Shown: positions 1-9,800 of the stretch, piece by piece
How the letters are laid out: each line of letters opens with the position of its first letter
Numbering within the stretch: position 1 is the stretch's first letter
Virus record (IMG/VR): IMGVR_UViG_3300027518_000005
Strand: one strand, 5' to 3'
DNA: 64,000 bases
From: a virus
Notes under the pieces: model-generated
Database searches by the model: none
What the model was told of the DNA's origin: nothing
The model's input: only the letters and a program-made list of their open reading frames with translations
Translations under genes and position numbers: made by a program

Positions 1-389
1 CTACCTGAAGGAGAAACTGTTGAACCAGAATCTTCTGTACCAACTAATGTAAAAGCTTTATATGTAGTATTGCCAGATTCACTTGTTTGGAAAGGTAATA
101 ACTTAATAGAAGCATATAAGTTTGTCCATGCAACACCGGCACCACCAACACCTAAAAATTCTGTTAAATTACTTTCAAAGTAATAACCATGAATATTAAA
201 TTTAATAATCTTTGTTGTTGAATTCCAATCAATAACAAAGCTATCCTTAGAAACAACTCTGTTTGTAAGGTTGGTAACATTGAATTCAGTATTTAATCTG
301 GATTCAGGGTTATACTTAGTTGACCCAGAGGCGGGTCCTCTAAAGGCTGTTGGGTATACTTTTACTGCTGTACTTTTTAATTTTGCCAT
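1..389 (-). CDS. Partial (3'-truncated) baseplate/tail-associated protein, MAKLKSTAVKVYPTAFRG...
   Basis: Not in the ORF track because it runs off the window edge. ATG at 389 with an AAGGAG SD, frame open to position 1, and it follows the baseplate genes. Confidence 0.7.
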   Translation of the reverse strand, partial: MAKLKSTAVKVYPTAFRGPASGSTKYNPESRLNTEFNVTNLTNRVVSKDSFVIDWNSTTKIIKFNIHGYYFESNLTEFLGVGGAGVAWTNLYASIKLLPFQTSESGNTTYKAFTLVGTEDSGSTVSPSG

Positions 390-402
390 AATGGTTTCTC
401 CT

Positions 403-413
403 TATTATACAAT
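403..413 (-). promoter_or_regulatory. ATTGTATAATA variant before the leftmost gene
   Basis: Intergenic, directly followed by the SD. Confidence 0.45.
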
Positions 414-417
414 TTTT

Positions 418-924
418 TTATAACTGATTCGTAATCTTCATTGTCCAAGTAATCAATATATTTGATTTACCATCAGATTCAATGGGTTCATCTAATAGGA
501 AATAAGCGATATGATTACTCCAACTTGTTGAGTTTTGGCTATACAATCTTACCACATTTATCTCCTCACCTGCAGAAACAGATGAAAAGGGTATTAAAAA
601 TTTAAATATAGCACTAGCATGTGTGTCACCTTCTGCTGAATTAGTTTCTATAGAAACGTTAGAGTAAGGTATAGCGTTTGTTGAAACTTGTTCTGCTACG
701 GCATCTGTAGCACCATTTCCTAACATAACATACCTTGGTGCACCACCAGCATCAAAGCTTCCTATTAAAGCACTAGCCAAGAAAGAGAATAATGGTAACT
801 TACCTTCGTTATGTGTTTTAATCGTTTTAATGGTTTTTTTGCCACGAACCAACTTAATTTCAACATTACCGATATATCCTACCGATGCATTTGTTTGTTG
901 TTGTTTTTCTTTTGTTTTTGCCAT
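418..924 (-). CDS. Putative baseplate / tail-fibre attachment protein
   Basis: 168 aa, beta-rich, ends in ITWTMKI as many baseplate wedge/fibre-junction proteins do. Lies directly after the gpI-like gene and has an AAGGA SD. Confidence 0.5.
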   Translation of the reverse strand: MAKTKEKQQQTNASVGYIGNVEIKLVRGKKTIKTIKTHNEGKLPLFSFLASALIGSFDAGGAPRYVMLGNGATDAVAEQVSTNAIPYSNVSIETNSAEGDTHASAIFKFLIPFSSVSAGEEINVVRLYSQNSTSWSNHIAYFLLDEPIESDGKSNILITWTMKITNQL

Positions 925-938
925 AATTTTATCCTTCC

Positions 939-1619
939 TTAAATACTTGGCCAGACAATAACCGTATTATCTGTAACACCTTTAGTTGCATTATTTAGCT
1001 CATCTGTATCAAGGGTAACTAGTCCAGGTGTCACTGTTCCTAGTTGTGTGCTTGTATAGTTCGGGCTAGTAGCTATTGTATCAACTGATACAGCATCAGC
1101 ACCAACTGTTTGACCTTCAATACTAGCAATAATGATTGAGTAATTAAATCCTGCTGGTAATACGTAATCTAACATATCTTCTAATAAAGCAATATCTTTT
1201 ACTTCTTTAGGTATATAGATAAGTACATCTCTGTTGTAAATTGTACCTTCACTTGACACAGATGTAGAAGAGTCAACCAATACTTCAAACTCTTCATTTA
1301 TGTTTTGTGCTTTTAGTAATACTCTAACACAGTCTTCTATTGATTTTTTAGTACCTTTAATTCTAAGAATACTTTTAAATGAGTTAACAAGTGCCACTAA
1401 ATTAGGAACGTCATACTTGTGCTTAGATTCAAATCCTACAGTTTTAGTAACTAAATCTAAAAGGGAAGAATCAAAGTTACTGGATAAAGGTGTATTAACA
1501 ATGGTGTCTGTTGCTGTTTTAGAAGCATTGAAAACACCTTCAAAAATTCTTCCAATCAATTGAAAGTCTCTTGATTCGTTGTAGTAATATTCAGGTACAT
1601 TATTCTGTGTTTTAATCAT
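939..1619 (-). CDS. Baseplate wedge protein (P2 gpI / T4 gp7-like)
   Basis: Motifs LLDLVTKTVGF...ILRIKGTKKSIEDCV and LDYVLPAG are typical of the phage tail protein I family. Follows the J-like wedge gene. Confidence 0.65.
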   Translation of the reverse strand: MIKTQNNVPEYYYNESRDFQLIGRIFEGVFNASKTATDTIVNTPLSSNFDSSLLDLVTKTVGFESKHKYDVPNLVALVNSFKSILRIKGTKKSIEDCVRVLLKAQNINEEFEVLVDSSTSVSSEGTIYNRDVLIYIPKEVKDIALLEDMLDYVLPAGFNYSIIIASIEGQTVGADAVSVDTIATSPNYTSTQLGTVTPGLVTLDTDELNNATKGVTDNTVIVWPSI

Positions 1620-1622
1620 AAA

Positions 1623-4600
1623 TTATATCCTTGATGTTCTCACAATTTCAATGCTAGAACCTTCAAAATCTATTTGACTTAATGTAAACCTATTAGCTAA
1701 GTTATTGTTGTCAAATAAAGCTCTGGGGTCTGAGATGTCATCAAATTCAATTAAAGAAAAGCTATCTAGTGTTCCATTATAGAAGAATACTCCGTTTTCG
1801 TCTAGGGTAGCTATTTTTTCAAGAATACCGTTAGAATCTTCTACATCAGAAACAGTCAAGTTAAAGGATGAGTTATATCCCGATGTTAATGAAACAGGAC
1901 TTAATTGAAGTATGTCTGTTCCAGTTGATGGTTCAGAAATGCTTAAGGAAAGTTCAGATATTGTATTAAATTCAATAATATTAATTCCTGGTGTTAATGC
2001 TAAGGTTGATGTATAAGATGTTCCAGAATTATATTTTCTTATACCACCTGTTCCTGTGGCATTTAAATCAACTGTTGTAGAACCACTTAAGGAGTGGTCC
2101 CAATATATCATTAATAATTGAGTTGCACCATCTTCACTTACCCTTGCTCCAACATCAAAGTAAGATACAACGGGCAAGTCAACAGTAGCAACATCTGAGG
2201 AATCAACTTCAAGATTTTGAAGATTAATTTGATAATATCCTGAAGGTCTCTTTTCAATATTTACAATCTTTCCGTCTGTTTCAGTATAGGTAGGAACCGT
2301 ATAGTCAAATGTGAAAGCAGAAACATCATAAGAAGTTTGACCACTTAAGTAGGTAACTTGCATGTCTAAATCTTCACCACCTGCTTGTTGTAGTAAGGTA
2401 TTAAACACAATGTAACTATTAATATTAACGTTACCGTCAAGAACTCTCACTATTTCACCACCTAAACCATCAGATAGTACTAGGGTTATAGTTTGATTTG
2501 TTAAAATCTTTTGTTTTAATTGTGGGCCAGAATTGAGGTCCAATCTAGAACGAATCTCCCAAACATAGGTTGAACTATATGCCGGTAATATTTTAGTTTC
2601 ACCATCTATTGTATAAGAAATTTCCCAATCATTAGATACTTGAATCCAATCATTAGTAATATCACTTAAAGTTGCTTCACTTGATGCTGTTGTTAGTTTA
2701 ATGGTATCACCTGTAGATAGGGTTAATATTGACATTTCTTCTATCTTTAAGTTGTATATATCAGGATTAAAGTTTCTATATCTCCAGTTATAGTTTTCAA
2801 AAGCTGCTAGGCCTCTTTCACTAACTGTGGTAATTTCAACTTTTTCTTCTACATCTGAGAAGATAATCTTCCATTTATTTAAATCTTCTGCAACAGTTGT
2901 GTTTAAGGTTAATCTTGTGCCACTTCCTAAAACTTCTAGTTCAGTTAAAGCACTATTAGAATACATAAAGAACTCATTTTCACCTAAAACTCTTTGATAT
3001 CCAACTAAAACTTCTTCACTTCCTTCGCCTTCATAGATAGCGTCTGCAGATGTGAATAAAGCATTTTCACTATCTTTGGTAATCCAGTAGCAAGGTAAGG
3101 AGCTTGAAGTTAATGTTGTTTCAACAAAACGTCTCTTTTCAATAGATTCTTCAGTTCCAAGAGTGTAAAAATCTAATTCATCCACACCAAATTTAATCTT
3201 TTTAGTTGTAACAATTCCTGAAATAGAGTAGTCTGTAGGGACAGATAATGTCAAACCAACAGGTCTAAAAATATTCACAGTTGCAGGAACGGTTGAAACT
3301 AAAACAGATGTATAGTATTCTTCACCGGATTCTCTTTCTTTAGATATCTTATAGGTAATTACACTGTCAGATGTATATTTAATTGCAATGCTATTACTAT
3401 TGCTATCAACATAGTTTACAATAAGGTATTCATCACCTGTGATAATATGCTCTTCGTTTTCAGGGACTGTAGAAGAAGGTGTTAAACCAGACCAGCGATA
3501 ATTTACATAAGCAGGATAAATAACTTCAGTGGCTAGACTTGGGGCAATGGCTTGAACATATTCATTGTCTTTTAATGTATAACCGTTTAAACTATTAAAT
3601 TCTGATTCCGGAATAGTAACTTCTGTAGTTAATCTAATGATATTCTCATGGATAAAGTCTGAATCTACAGAACTTCCTTCATCATTTAACAAAACAGCAC
3701 TTTGACCAAATTCAAAGTTATAGTTATTGTTATAGTCAAATAAGGAGGCCCTTCCAGCAAGGATATTCTTTGTGAGTAGGTTTAAATATGGTTGCTTATT
3801 GGCAGGGTCAAGCAACAATGTTTCTGTCTTATCCTTTGTCATGACCTTAGTGTAGAGTTCAGGTTCTTCTAAAGAAACGTTTTTAATTCTTGTATCGGCA
3901 CCTTGAATGGTTGTTAATAATGTGTCGAATGGTATTTCATAACCATAATCTAACTCTCTTGAATTAAATGTTCTGTATAAAGCATCATTAATGTTTGAAA
4001 GAATAGAGTTTTGTTCAAACGTGTTAACCCTATAGTTTGTAGAAATCTTAGCGTTTAACTTATAATAGTTTTTATATAAATAAACATCACTATCTAAAAG
4101 CGTTTTATAGTTGTGGGAAATGGTTTTAGCATCTTCAATACTTGCTTTTAACTCTGTTAAATCATTTAAAGGTAAGAAAGTGTTATTATAAGTGGTAAGA
4201 TTATAGGAAGTTATAATAGGATTTAAAGGGTACAAGCATAAATCAAAAGGGGTAATGTCGGCACTATTCGAGGCATTAAGTTTAACTGGTCCAAATTGAT
4301 TAAATGAAAGAATTTGATTTGAGTAGTTAATATCTGTTCTTCTGTCTGCCACTTGAACGTTAGAGACAATATTCTTACTGTCTGAGGTTAAAAGATTATA
4401 GATAGCGTTAGCATAATCACGACTGGTTACTAATGTGTCAAATGTTCCAACAAACTTCTTAAATGAGTTATATATTTCATTAATTGATTCAGGGTCTTGA
4501 CCATTAACAGAATCAGAGAGATTACTAATTCTTAATACAGTAGTTTCACTTTGATTTTCATTTGTATCTGGGTAAACTGTAATAGAAGGATTACCATCAA

Positions 4601-5441
4601 CAAAAATTTGTGAAGGAGAAGTCAATCTTGTTAAGAAACCTGCTTTGACGTTCCCACTAGAACCTGTTGTTCTAATATAATTAACAAATAATCCATCCCC
4701 TATAATACTTGAGATATCGGAAGGGAATTCCAAATAAGGAAGATTTTTTACAGAATCAAACCCAAACTTGTAAACTAATTGACCTGGTTCTGAAGTGTTA
4801 AGATTATTAATTCTTGTCCAGAAGTTATTAGTATCGGTAATTCTTTGAACAAAAACACCGTTTTCAGCAACAAACGATTCTGGGAAATAGAGTCTATTGT
4901 TATCATCAAGGTTAGCAAGGTGTATTTCTTGAACGTTATTAACTGTTAAGGGTTGTAATTTACCTTCAATAGCAGAGGCTCTGACCGTAACAAATCTTGA
5001 GTTAATAATGCAATCCTCTAACAATGTATAGGTTATTGAGTTATCTACATCGGTTACAGTTGTTTCAAAAGCTTTTAAGGTAAAGGCTTGGCCAGTTCCT
5101 AACTTGTTGCCAGTATACATAAACGATATATCAGAGGTTGCTGATTGGTAGTATCTTGGGAAGTAACCATTTATTTCTGCTAAGTTTCTCATTGAACTGT
5201 CTTGGGTAGCAGAAGGCATAAAGGCTTCTAAAATGTTTTTATCAATGTTGTAGTTAAGTTTATCACCAATAAAACCTAAAAGCTTCAAAAGAACAACACC
5301 TGGGTCACTTTCGTTAGATGTTGATGGGTCCCACTTGGCAGATAGCTGTTTTGCTAACTCCAATATTTCAGGGTAAAGCTTTTGAAAATCCTTATTTACG
5401 TAGGACTTATTGCTAATATTTAATTCTTCTTGGTTAATCAT
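1623..5441 (-). CDS. Baseplate wedge protein (T4 gp6 / baseplate J-like) with a long C-terminal extension
   Basis: N-terminal KDFQ..W...NESDPGVVLL.LL.FIGD.LNY.ID...LEAF..SAT; also Y.RT.G.SGNV, G.DPESI.EI and LVT.RDY, all gp6/J hallmarks. Lies after the gp25-like gene. Confidence 0.85.
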   Translation of the reverse strand: MINQEELNISNKSYVNKDFQKLYPEILELAKQLSAKWDPSTSNESDPGVVLLKLLGFIGDKLNYNIDKNILEAFMPSATQDSSMRNLAEINGYFPRYYQSATSDISFMYTGNKLGTGQAFTLKAFETTVTDVDNSITYTLLEDCIINSRFVTVRASAIEGKLQPLTVNNVQEIHLANLDDNNRLYFPESFVAENGVFVQRITDTNNFWTRINNLNTSEPGQLVYKFGFDSVKNLPYLEFPSDISSIIGDGLFVNYIRTTGSSGNVKAGFLTRLTSPSQIFVDGNPSITVYPDTNENQSETTVLRISNLSDSVNGQDPESINEIYNSFKKFVGTFDTLVTSRDYANAIYNLLTSDSKNIVSNVQVADRRTDINYSNQILSFNQFGPVKLNASNSADITPFDLCLYPLNPIITSYNLTTYNNTFLPLNDLTELKASIEDAKTISHNYKTLLDSDVYLYKNYYKLNAKISTNYRVNTFEQNSILSNINDALYRTFNSRELDYGYEIPFDTLLTTIQGADTRIKNVSLEEPELYTKVMTKDKTETLLLDPANKQPYLNLLTKNILAGRASLFDYNNNYNFEFGQSAVLLNDEGSSVDSDFIHENIIRLTTEVTIPESEFNSLNGYTLKDNEYVQAIAPSLATEVIYPAYVNYRWSGLTPSSTVPENEEHIITGDEYLIVNYVDSNSNSIAIKYTSDSVITYKISKERESGEEYYTSVLVSTVPATVNIFRPVGLTLSVPTDYSISGIVTTKKIKFGVDELDFYTLGTEESIEKRRFVETTLTSSSLPCYWITKDSENALFTSADAIYEGEGSEEVLVGYQRVLGENEFFMYSNSALTELEVLGSGTRLTLNTTVAEDLNKWKIIFSDVEEKVEITTVSERGLAAFENYNWRYRNFNPDIYNLKIEEMSILTLSTGDTIKLTTASSEATLSDITNDWIQVSNDWEISYTIDGETKILPAYSSTYVWEIRSRLDLNSGPQLKQKILTNQTITLVLSDGLGGEIVRVLDGNVNINSYIVFNTLLQQAGGEDLDMQVTYLSGQTSYDVSAFTFDYTVPTYTETDGKIVNIEKRPSGYYQINLQNLEVDSSDVATVDLPVVSYFDVGARVSEDGATQLLMIYWDHSLSGSTTVDLNATGTGGIRKYNSGTSYTSTLALTPGINIIEFNTISELSLSISEPSTGTDILQLSPVSLTSGYNSSFNLTVSDVEDSNGILEKIATLDENGVFFYNGTLDSFSLIEFDDISDPRALFDNNNLANRFTLSQIDFEGSSIEIVRTSRI

Positions 5442-5443
5442 GT

Positions 5444-5830
5444 TTATTGCTCCTCGTTATTAAACAACACCAGATTGAAGGTATTTGTTGTGAAATCTAA
5501 GCGATTTGTAACTTTTATCGTTGCTTCTAACTTTGCCCTTTTTCCTGTTCCTGTTTGTGTAATAATGATATCCTTTCTATTAATAATGACTTGAGGTACA
5601 AATATTGATATTTGAGTATAAAGCTCATCTATAATGATATCCCTCAAAACAAAGTTATTTTGTTCAAAAATGTATCTTTTTATGGCAACACCAAACTGCG
5701 GGTCACCAACAAACTCAGTTCTTTCTGAACCTAACAATGCTAACAAATTTTGCATTGTAGACTGTGAGTCAGTCTTTGTGACATTGGTGGAGCTTGAGTT
5801 AAACATTTTTGGGAATTGTATACTTATCAT
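5444..5830 (-). CDS. Baseplate wedge / sheath initiator (T4 gp25 / gpW-like)
   Basis: 128 aa with QNL..LL.SER.E...DPQFG..I..YIFE and I....PQV, the GPW_gp25 signature. Confidence 0.85.
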   Translation of the reverse strand: MISIQFPKMFNSSSTNVTKTDSQSTMQNLLALLGSERTEFVGDPQFGVAIKRYIFEQNNFVLRDIIIDELYTQISIFVPQVIINRKDIIITQTGTGKRAKLEATIKVTNRLDFTTNTFNLVLFNNEEQ

Positions 5831-5865
5831 GTGTTTTTCCTTATATCCTTATATTTCATATCATC

Positions 5866-5874
5866 TAATTTAGC
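5866..5874 (-). promoter_or_regulatory. GCTAAATTA late-promoter-like motif (before the gp25-like gene)
   Basis: Exact copy of a motif that recurs upstream of gene starts. Confidence 0.7.
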
Positions 5875-5896
5875 GTTAATAAACACCGCCTAAACA

Positions 5897-6514
5897 TTAA
5901 ACTACCCCTTCTTCTTTCAATTTATTTAACATATTTTTCCAGTATGCTATGTCCTCTTCGGTCATTTGTTGATTTGACCACCTTGTCATCTTCTCTTTAT
6001 CTTCGTTTGTAATTACATATTGTTGATTTTCTAGGAACTTTAAAGTCAAGTAATGCCACCATATGTTCTTAAAGGTTGACCTATAAGGATTAAATAAAGC
6101 ATTTTCTAAATATCTCACTATGGCTCTTTTTTGTTGATTTTCGTAGTTTTTTATGTTATAATTAAATTGAAAGTCACCATAAACTGTATCATTTATATAA
6201 AAACTTACATTAAACATATTGGTTGGTGATGGTCTACTGTGAATAAGGATTTCTTTATATACCTCAATATCAACAATAAAAAAATCATATGGTTTAGTAT
6301 CAAGAACTATATGGGTAAACCTTTGTCCTTGTTTAAAGTTCTTTACTAAAACAAGATAGTCTATATCTTTAGGATTTTCCTTAAATAAAGATGACCCTGT
6401 AATAGATATTCTAACAATATCGTCAATAGTATTATTAAAAGATACTAAATCATTAGAATCTTTCTGATTTATGCTATTTATAACGTCAAATGTTACGTTT
6501 AATATATTTTCCAT
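5897..6514 (-). CDS. Putative minimal nucleotidyltransferase (Pol-beta superfamily)
   Basis: ISITGSSLFKENPKDIDYLVLV gives the hG[GS]-x-DxD motif, with a third acidic residue in YDFF. Very AT-rich. Confidence 0.55.
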   Translation of the reverse strand: MENILNVTFDVINSINQKDSNDLVSFNNTIDDIVRISITGSSLFKENPKDIDYLVLVKNFKQGQRFTHIVLDTKPYDFFIVDIEVYKEILIHSRPSPTNMFNVSFYINDTVYGDFQFNYNIKNYENQQKRAIVRYLENALFNPYRSTFKNIWWHYLTLKFLENQQYVITNEDKEKMTRWSNQQMTEEDIAYWKNMLNKLKEEGVV

Positions 6515-6525
6515 AAGTATTTTCC

Positions 6526-8175
6526 TTACAATAGATATTCAATGTGTATTGTCGTATATACAGTAGAGCTTTGGTCACCTGTGCTATATATCTCTAAAAA
6601 ATAAGGGACTAAAGGGCCCTCTATAAGAAGGTCAGAGTAACCGGAGTTAGAGTAATATATTCTTCCATTAAACCAATACATACCATCTGTTTCTGGAAAG
6701 TTCATTCTTTCTAGTACAATTAAAGATTTATCGCCAGATGAAAAAGGTGAAAATAAAACTGGATTTCCTGCTGAAACAGACCTGGTACCTGTCCAATTAA
6801 GTATAGCGGAAGTTGACCTATATCTTTGTCTTTGTATATTAACACCACTTGTGCTTTTGTGTCTTATATTAAAACCTTCACTTACAGCATCTACTGTTAT
6901 TCTAACTTCTTTTGAACTTAATACTGTTGCCCATCCTGGAATAGTGCTCAAATCTAAAAGGAACGGTTCCTCATAAAGTACAGAGTAAAAAGTATTCCAA
7001 TTACCAAGATTACCTGAACCATTAGTCTGAGAAGAATAAAATAAAGCTGAAGAAGTTGTTCCACTTACAGTTAAGTTTCCAGAAATATTTCCCCCTGTTA
7101 ATCTTAAGTATCTAGTATCATGAGTATGGTCATCAAGCTTATCAAGTGCTTTTTGAACTGTATTATCAGCTGAAGATAAAATACTATTAAAATTAGAGGT
7201 GTTTGTAAGAACATTTAACGCTTTTGGGGTTGGTATTGTCGATAAAGGAATAGGGAACAGTGTTCTTACAGGGCTTGTTCCACCAAATTGAAAATCATAA
7301 TTAGAACCAACATTGCCTGTAAGTTCAGCATAGTATTTAATAACAACTCTATCTGTGCTTAAAAATAAAACATCATTTAAAAGTGCATCAGCACTAAACT
7401 CCTCATAAATGTTTGATATAATAACATCGGGGGTGGCACTAGAAGTTGCTAATAGTGTTTCTGTTCCTAAAGCATCTCTTTTAAATATTTGAAAATAAAA
7501 TGCTGCGTATTGATTGTTATTACCGGCAGTTCTTTTTATATTACCGATTGTTCTTATATTAATAGTTCCTGTAAAACCACTTAATATATTAGAATCAGAT
7601 ATTAAACTTGCTAATAATTGATTGTTGGTATTTATAACCCCTGTTGGAACATTTACTGGTGTAGTATTATAACTAGGGTCATCAAGAGAGTTAACCATTT
7701 TAAAATAACCAGAAACATCTGCACTAGCTGTTGTCGGATAAAGAATAAGGCTAGCGGCACCATCTTTTTGAGTACTTAACCTATCTATTGCAGTATTAAT
7801 AGAGTCAAAATAGTTTAAAACATTATCAAAAGGAACATTTCCTATCGTTGTATCTATTGGAAGTGTTGCTTTGTGAGTAACCTTTAAATCTACGTTATAC
7901 TGATAGGCAGAAGGATTATCTTCTATTCCCTTATATAATTTGCCTAAAATAATAGGTTTAGAATATAAATTATCTTCAAATCCAACAAAAATCGCATCTC
8001 CTGGATTCAGCCCTTCATAAGTTCCAGGATTTTGAGATAGAGTGCATTCTACTATGGAACTGTTAATCTGGTCTTGTGTTAAACCCACACCGGCAGTTTC
8101 AAAAACAGGTATTCTTACTAAATACTTGTTTGCAGTATCTGGTGATTTTTTAATTACGTATCCTTTAGTTATCAT
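6526..8175 (-). CDS. Baseplate central spike (gp5/gpV OB-fold) fused to a fibre-like C-terminal extension
   Basis: N-terminal KGYV..KYLVRIP...GD.IFVGFE......PIILGKL OB-fold pattern. C-terminal TVQKALDKLDDHTHDTRYLRLTGG.ISGNLTV is a fibre-type motif. Lies after the hub gene. Confidence 0.7.
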   Translation of the reverse strand: MITKGYVIKKSPDTANKYLVRIPVFETAGVGLTQDQINSSIVECTLSQNPGTYEGLNPGDAIFVGFEDNLYSKPIILGKLYKGIEDNPSAYQYNVDLKVTHKATLPIDTTIGNVPFDNVLNYFDSINTAIDRLSTQKDGAASLILYPTTASADVSGYFKMVNSLDDPSYNTTPVNVPTGVINTNNQLLASLISDSNILSGFTGTINIRTIGNIKRTAGNNNQYAAFYFQIFKRDALGTETLLATSSATPDVIISNIYEEFSADALLNDVLFLSTDRVVIKYYAELTGNVGSNYDFQFGGTSPVRTLFPIPLSTIPTPKALNVLTNTSNFNSILSSADNTVQKALDKLDDHTHDTRYLRLTGGNISGNLTVSGTTSSALFYSSQTNGSGNLGNWNTFYSVLYEEPFLLDLSTIPGWATVLSSKEVRITVDAVSEGFNIRHKSTSGVNIQRQRYRSTSAILNWTGTRSVSAGNPVLFSPFSSGDKSLIVLERMNFPETDGMYWFNGRIYYSNSGYSDLLIEGPLVPYFLEIYSTGDQSSTVYTTIHIEYLL

Positions 8176-8178
8176 ACT

Positions 8179-8190
8179 ATATTATACAAC
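8179..8190 (-). promoter_or_regulatory. GTTGTATAATAT motif before the spike gene
   Basis: Sits in a 17-bp gap. TATAAT is 5 nt from the ATG and there is no SD. Confidence 0.55.
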
Positions 8191-8192
8191 CT

Positions 8193-9470
8193 TTATTCAA
8201 TAAACTCAGAGTTGTCTGGAGAAATGCGGGTTATCTTTAAAGTTGTTCGATAACCACTATAATCTATCCTGTCTTCTTGAGCCGTAATGATATATAAACC
8301 AGAGCTAATATGCTTTCTACCATAATAATAAACATTTAATCTCACACGTGTCATTAATAGTGCTGGTCTTAATAACCCTTTTAAAGTTATTGAGGCAGTG
8401 ATTGGATACTCTGTAACCTTAGTCCACCATGTTTTATCAGACTCGGCAGTAACAAAATTACTATTACCTGAAGATATAACAGGGGCATAAACCTCTACTA
8501 AATTACCATTATCATCTATTCTTTGAGTAAATTCAGCATCATTAATGTCTTGTTGATAGTTATAAAATAAAGAATAAGTTAAGTTATTTTCAAGACTAAA
8601 GTCTGTGACTATATTCTGAGAAGGGTAACCTATATCTATTTGATATGTTTGTAAATCGTCGGTTAGTTTTGTAACAGGGACAACTTTAAAGTACGGACCT
8701 TCAAAATCACCTGAGGTATCATCTACTATAACTAAAGAGTATATTTTACTTTTTTGCAATGAGTTTGTTGTTTCACCTGCCATAGAGTTAACTAAAAAAT
8801 TTAAGTAATCAAGAACAGACATACTAATCTGTCTTTTTAAAAATACTGATTTATCATCACCTGCTATTAATCCACGTGTTTCTACAAGTGGTCTATTTCT
8901 CATGCCTGGGAATAATTCTAAAAGACCATACTTTTCTTGATATAGTAATTCTTGAATAACTTGACTTGGTTTAGCTGTTCTAGAAGCAAAATTCCATGCC
9001 CCACTCGAAGCAAGTATAGAAGAACTTGTTGCATTGATAGTGTAATCTATCCTGCCTCCGCTTGAACTTGAGGCACCAGATGCAAAAGACGAAGTTATTC
9101 CTGTAATAATGGCTTCTTCATCTCGATAGATATAACTAGGTGCAGATAAATCACCGTAACTAAAAACTATCTTTCTTGTTTGAGAAACACTACTAAATAC
9201 CTTTTCAAAGAAGTTTGGGTCATTATCCTGTGTAATTGGATATGAAATAGATAGGGTATACTTATTTACTCTACCATTAATTTTTGTTATTGTCAAGCCC
9301 TGAACGTAATTGGGATATTTAACTTTCTCAAGTCTATAGATGCCCAAAGAGTCCTGACCTCTAACTAAATCGGTATTTTCGTAAACACCAAAAGTATAAT
9401 CACCTATCTTTACTTTTACAAAAGGTGTCTCAACTCTTGTTGTATATCCTAATAGATTTACTGAGCTCAT
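8193..9470 (-). CDS. Baseplate hub protein (T4 gp27 / P2 gpD-like)
   Basis: 425 aa. C-terminal ASITLKG...SGLYII....D.I...GY.TTL.I.R is typical of hub proteins, and the gene sits between the LysM and spike genes. Confidence 0.7.
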   Translation of the reverse strand: MSSVNLLGYTTRVETPFVKVKIGDYTFGVYENTDLVRGQDSLGIYRLEKVKYPNYVQGLTITKINGRVNKYTLSISYPITQDNDPNFFEKVFSSVSQTRKIVFSYGDLSAPSYIYRDEEAIITGITSSFASGASSSSGGRIDYTINATSSSILASSGAWNFASRTAKPSQVIQELLYQEKYGLLELFPGMRNRPLVETRGLIAGDDKSVFLKRQISMSVLDYLNFLVNSMAGETTNSLQKSKIYSLVIVDDTSGDFEGPYFKVVPVTKLTDDLQTYQIDIGYPSQNIVTDFSLENNLTYSLFYNYQQDINDAEFTQRIDDNGNLVEVYAPVISSGNSNFVTAESDKTWWTKVTEYPITASITLKGLLRPALLMTRVRLNVYYYGRKHISSGLYIITAQEDRIDYSGYRTTLKITRISPDNSEFIE

Positions 9471-9796
9471 TATCTTACCTCAAATGTTACTTGACCTAAG
9501 TTAGGAATCTGTATAATATTAATCGAGCCATGGAGAGATATAAAAGGGTCTTTAATTCTATTGTAGTCTGCTATAATCCAATAGTAGTCTGGTCTTCCAT
9601 AATACTTCAAAGCTAATGAATCTAAGGTATCAAAAGGTTGAACAGTGTGTGCAACGTATTCAGCATTCTTTAATAAGTGGGAGGTTAAACCATAAACAAA
9701 CTTATCATCTTTAATGTGGTAGTAAAAGAAAAATGGTGCATATCTAGATATTGCATCGTAGTCTGTTCGTTTTTGTTTACTTGTTAAACTATCCAT
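9470..9796 (-). CDS. LysM-domain baseplate protein (T4 gp53 / P2 gpX-like)
   Basis: HTVQPFDTLDSLALKYYGRPDYYWIIADYNRIKDPF...IIQIP is a LysM/tail X motif. Confidence 0.85.
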   Translation of the reverse strand: MDSLTSKQKRTDYDAISRYAPFFFYYHIKDDKFVYGLTSHLLKNAEYVAHTVQPFDTLDSLALKYYGRPDYYWIIADYNRIKDPFISLHGSINIIQIPNLGQVTFEVR

Positions 9797-9800
9797 TTTC

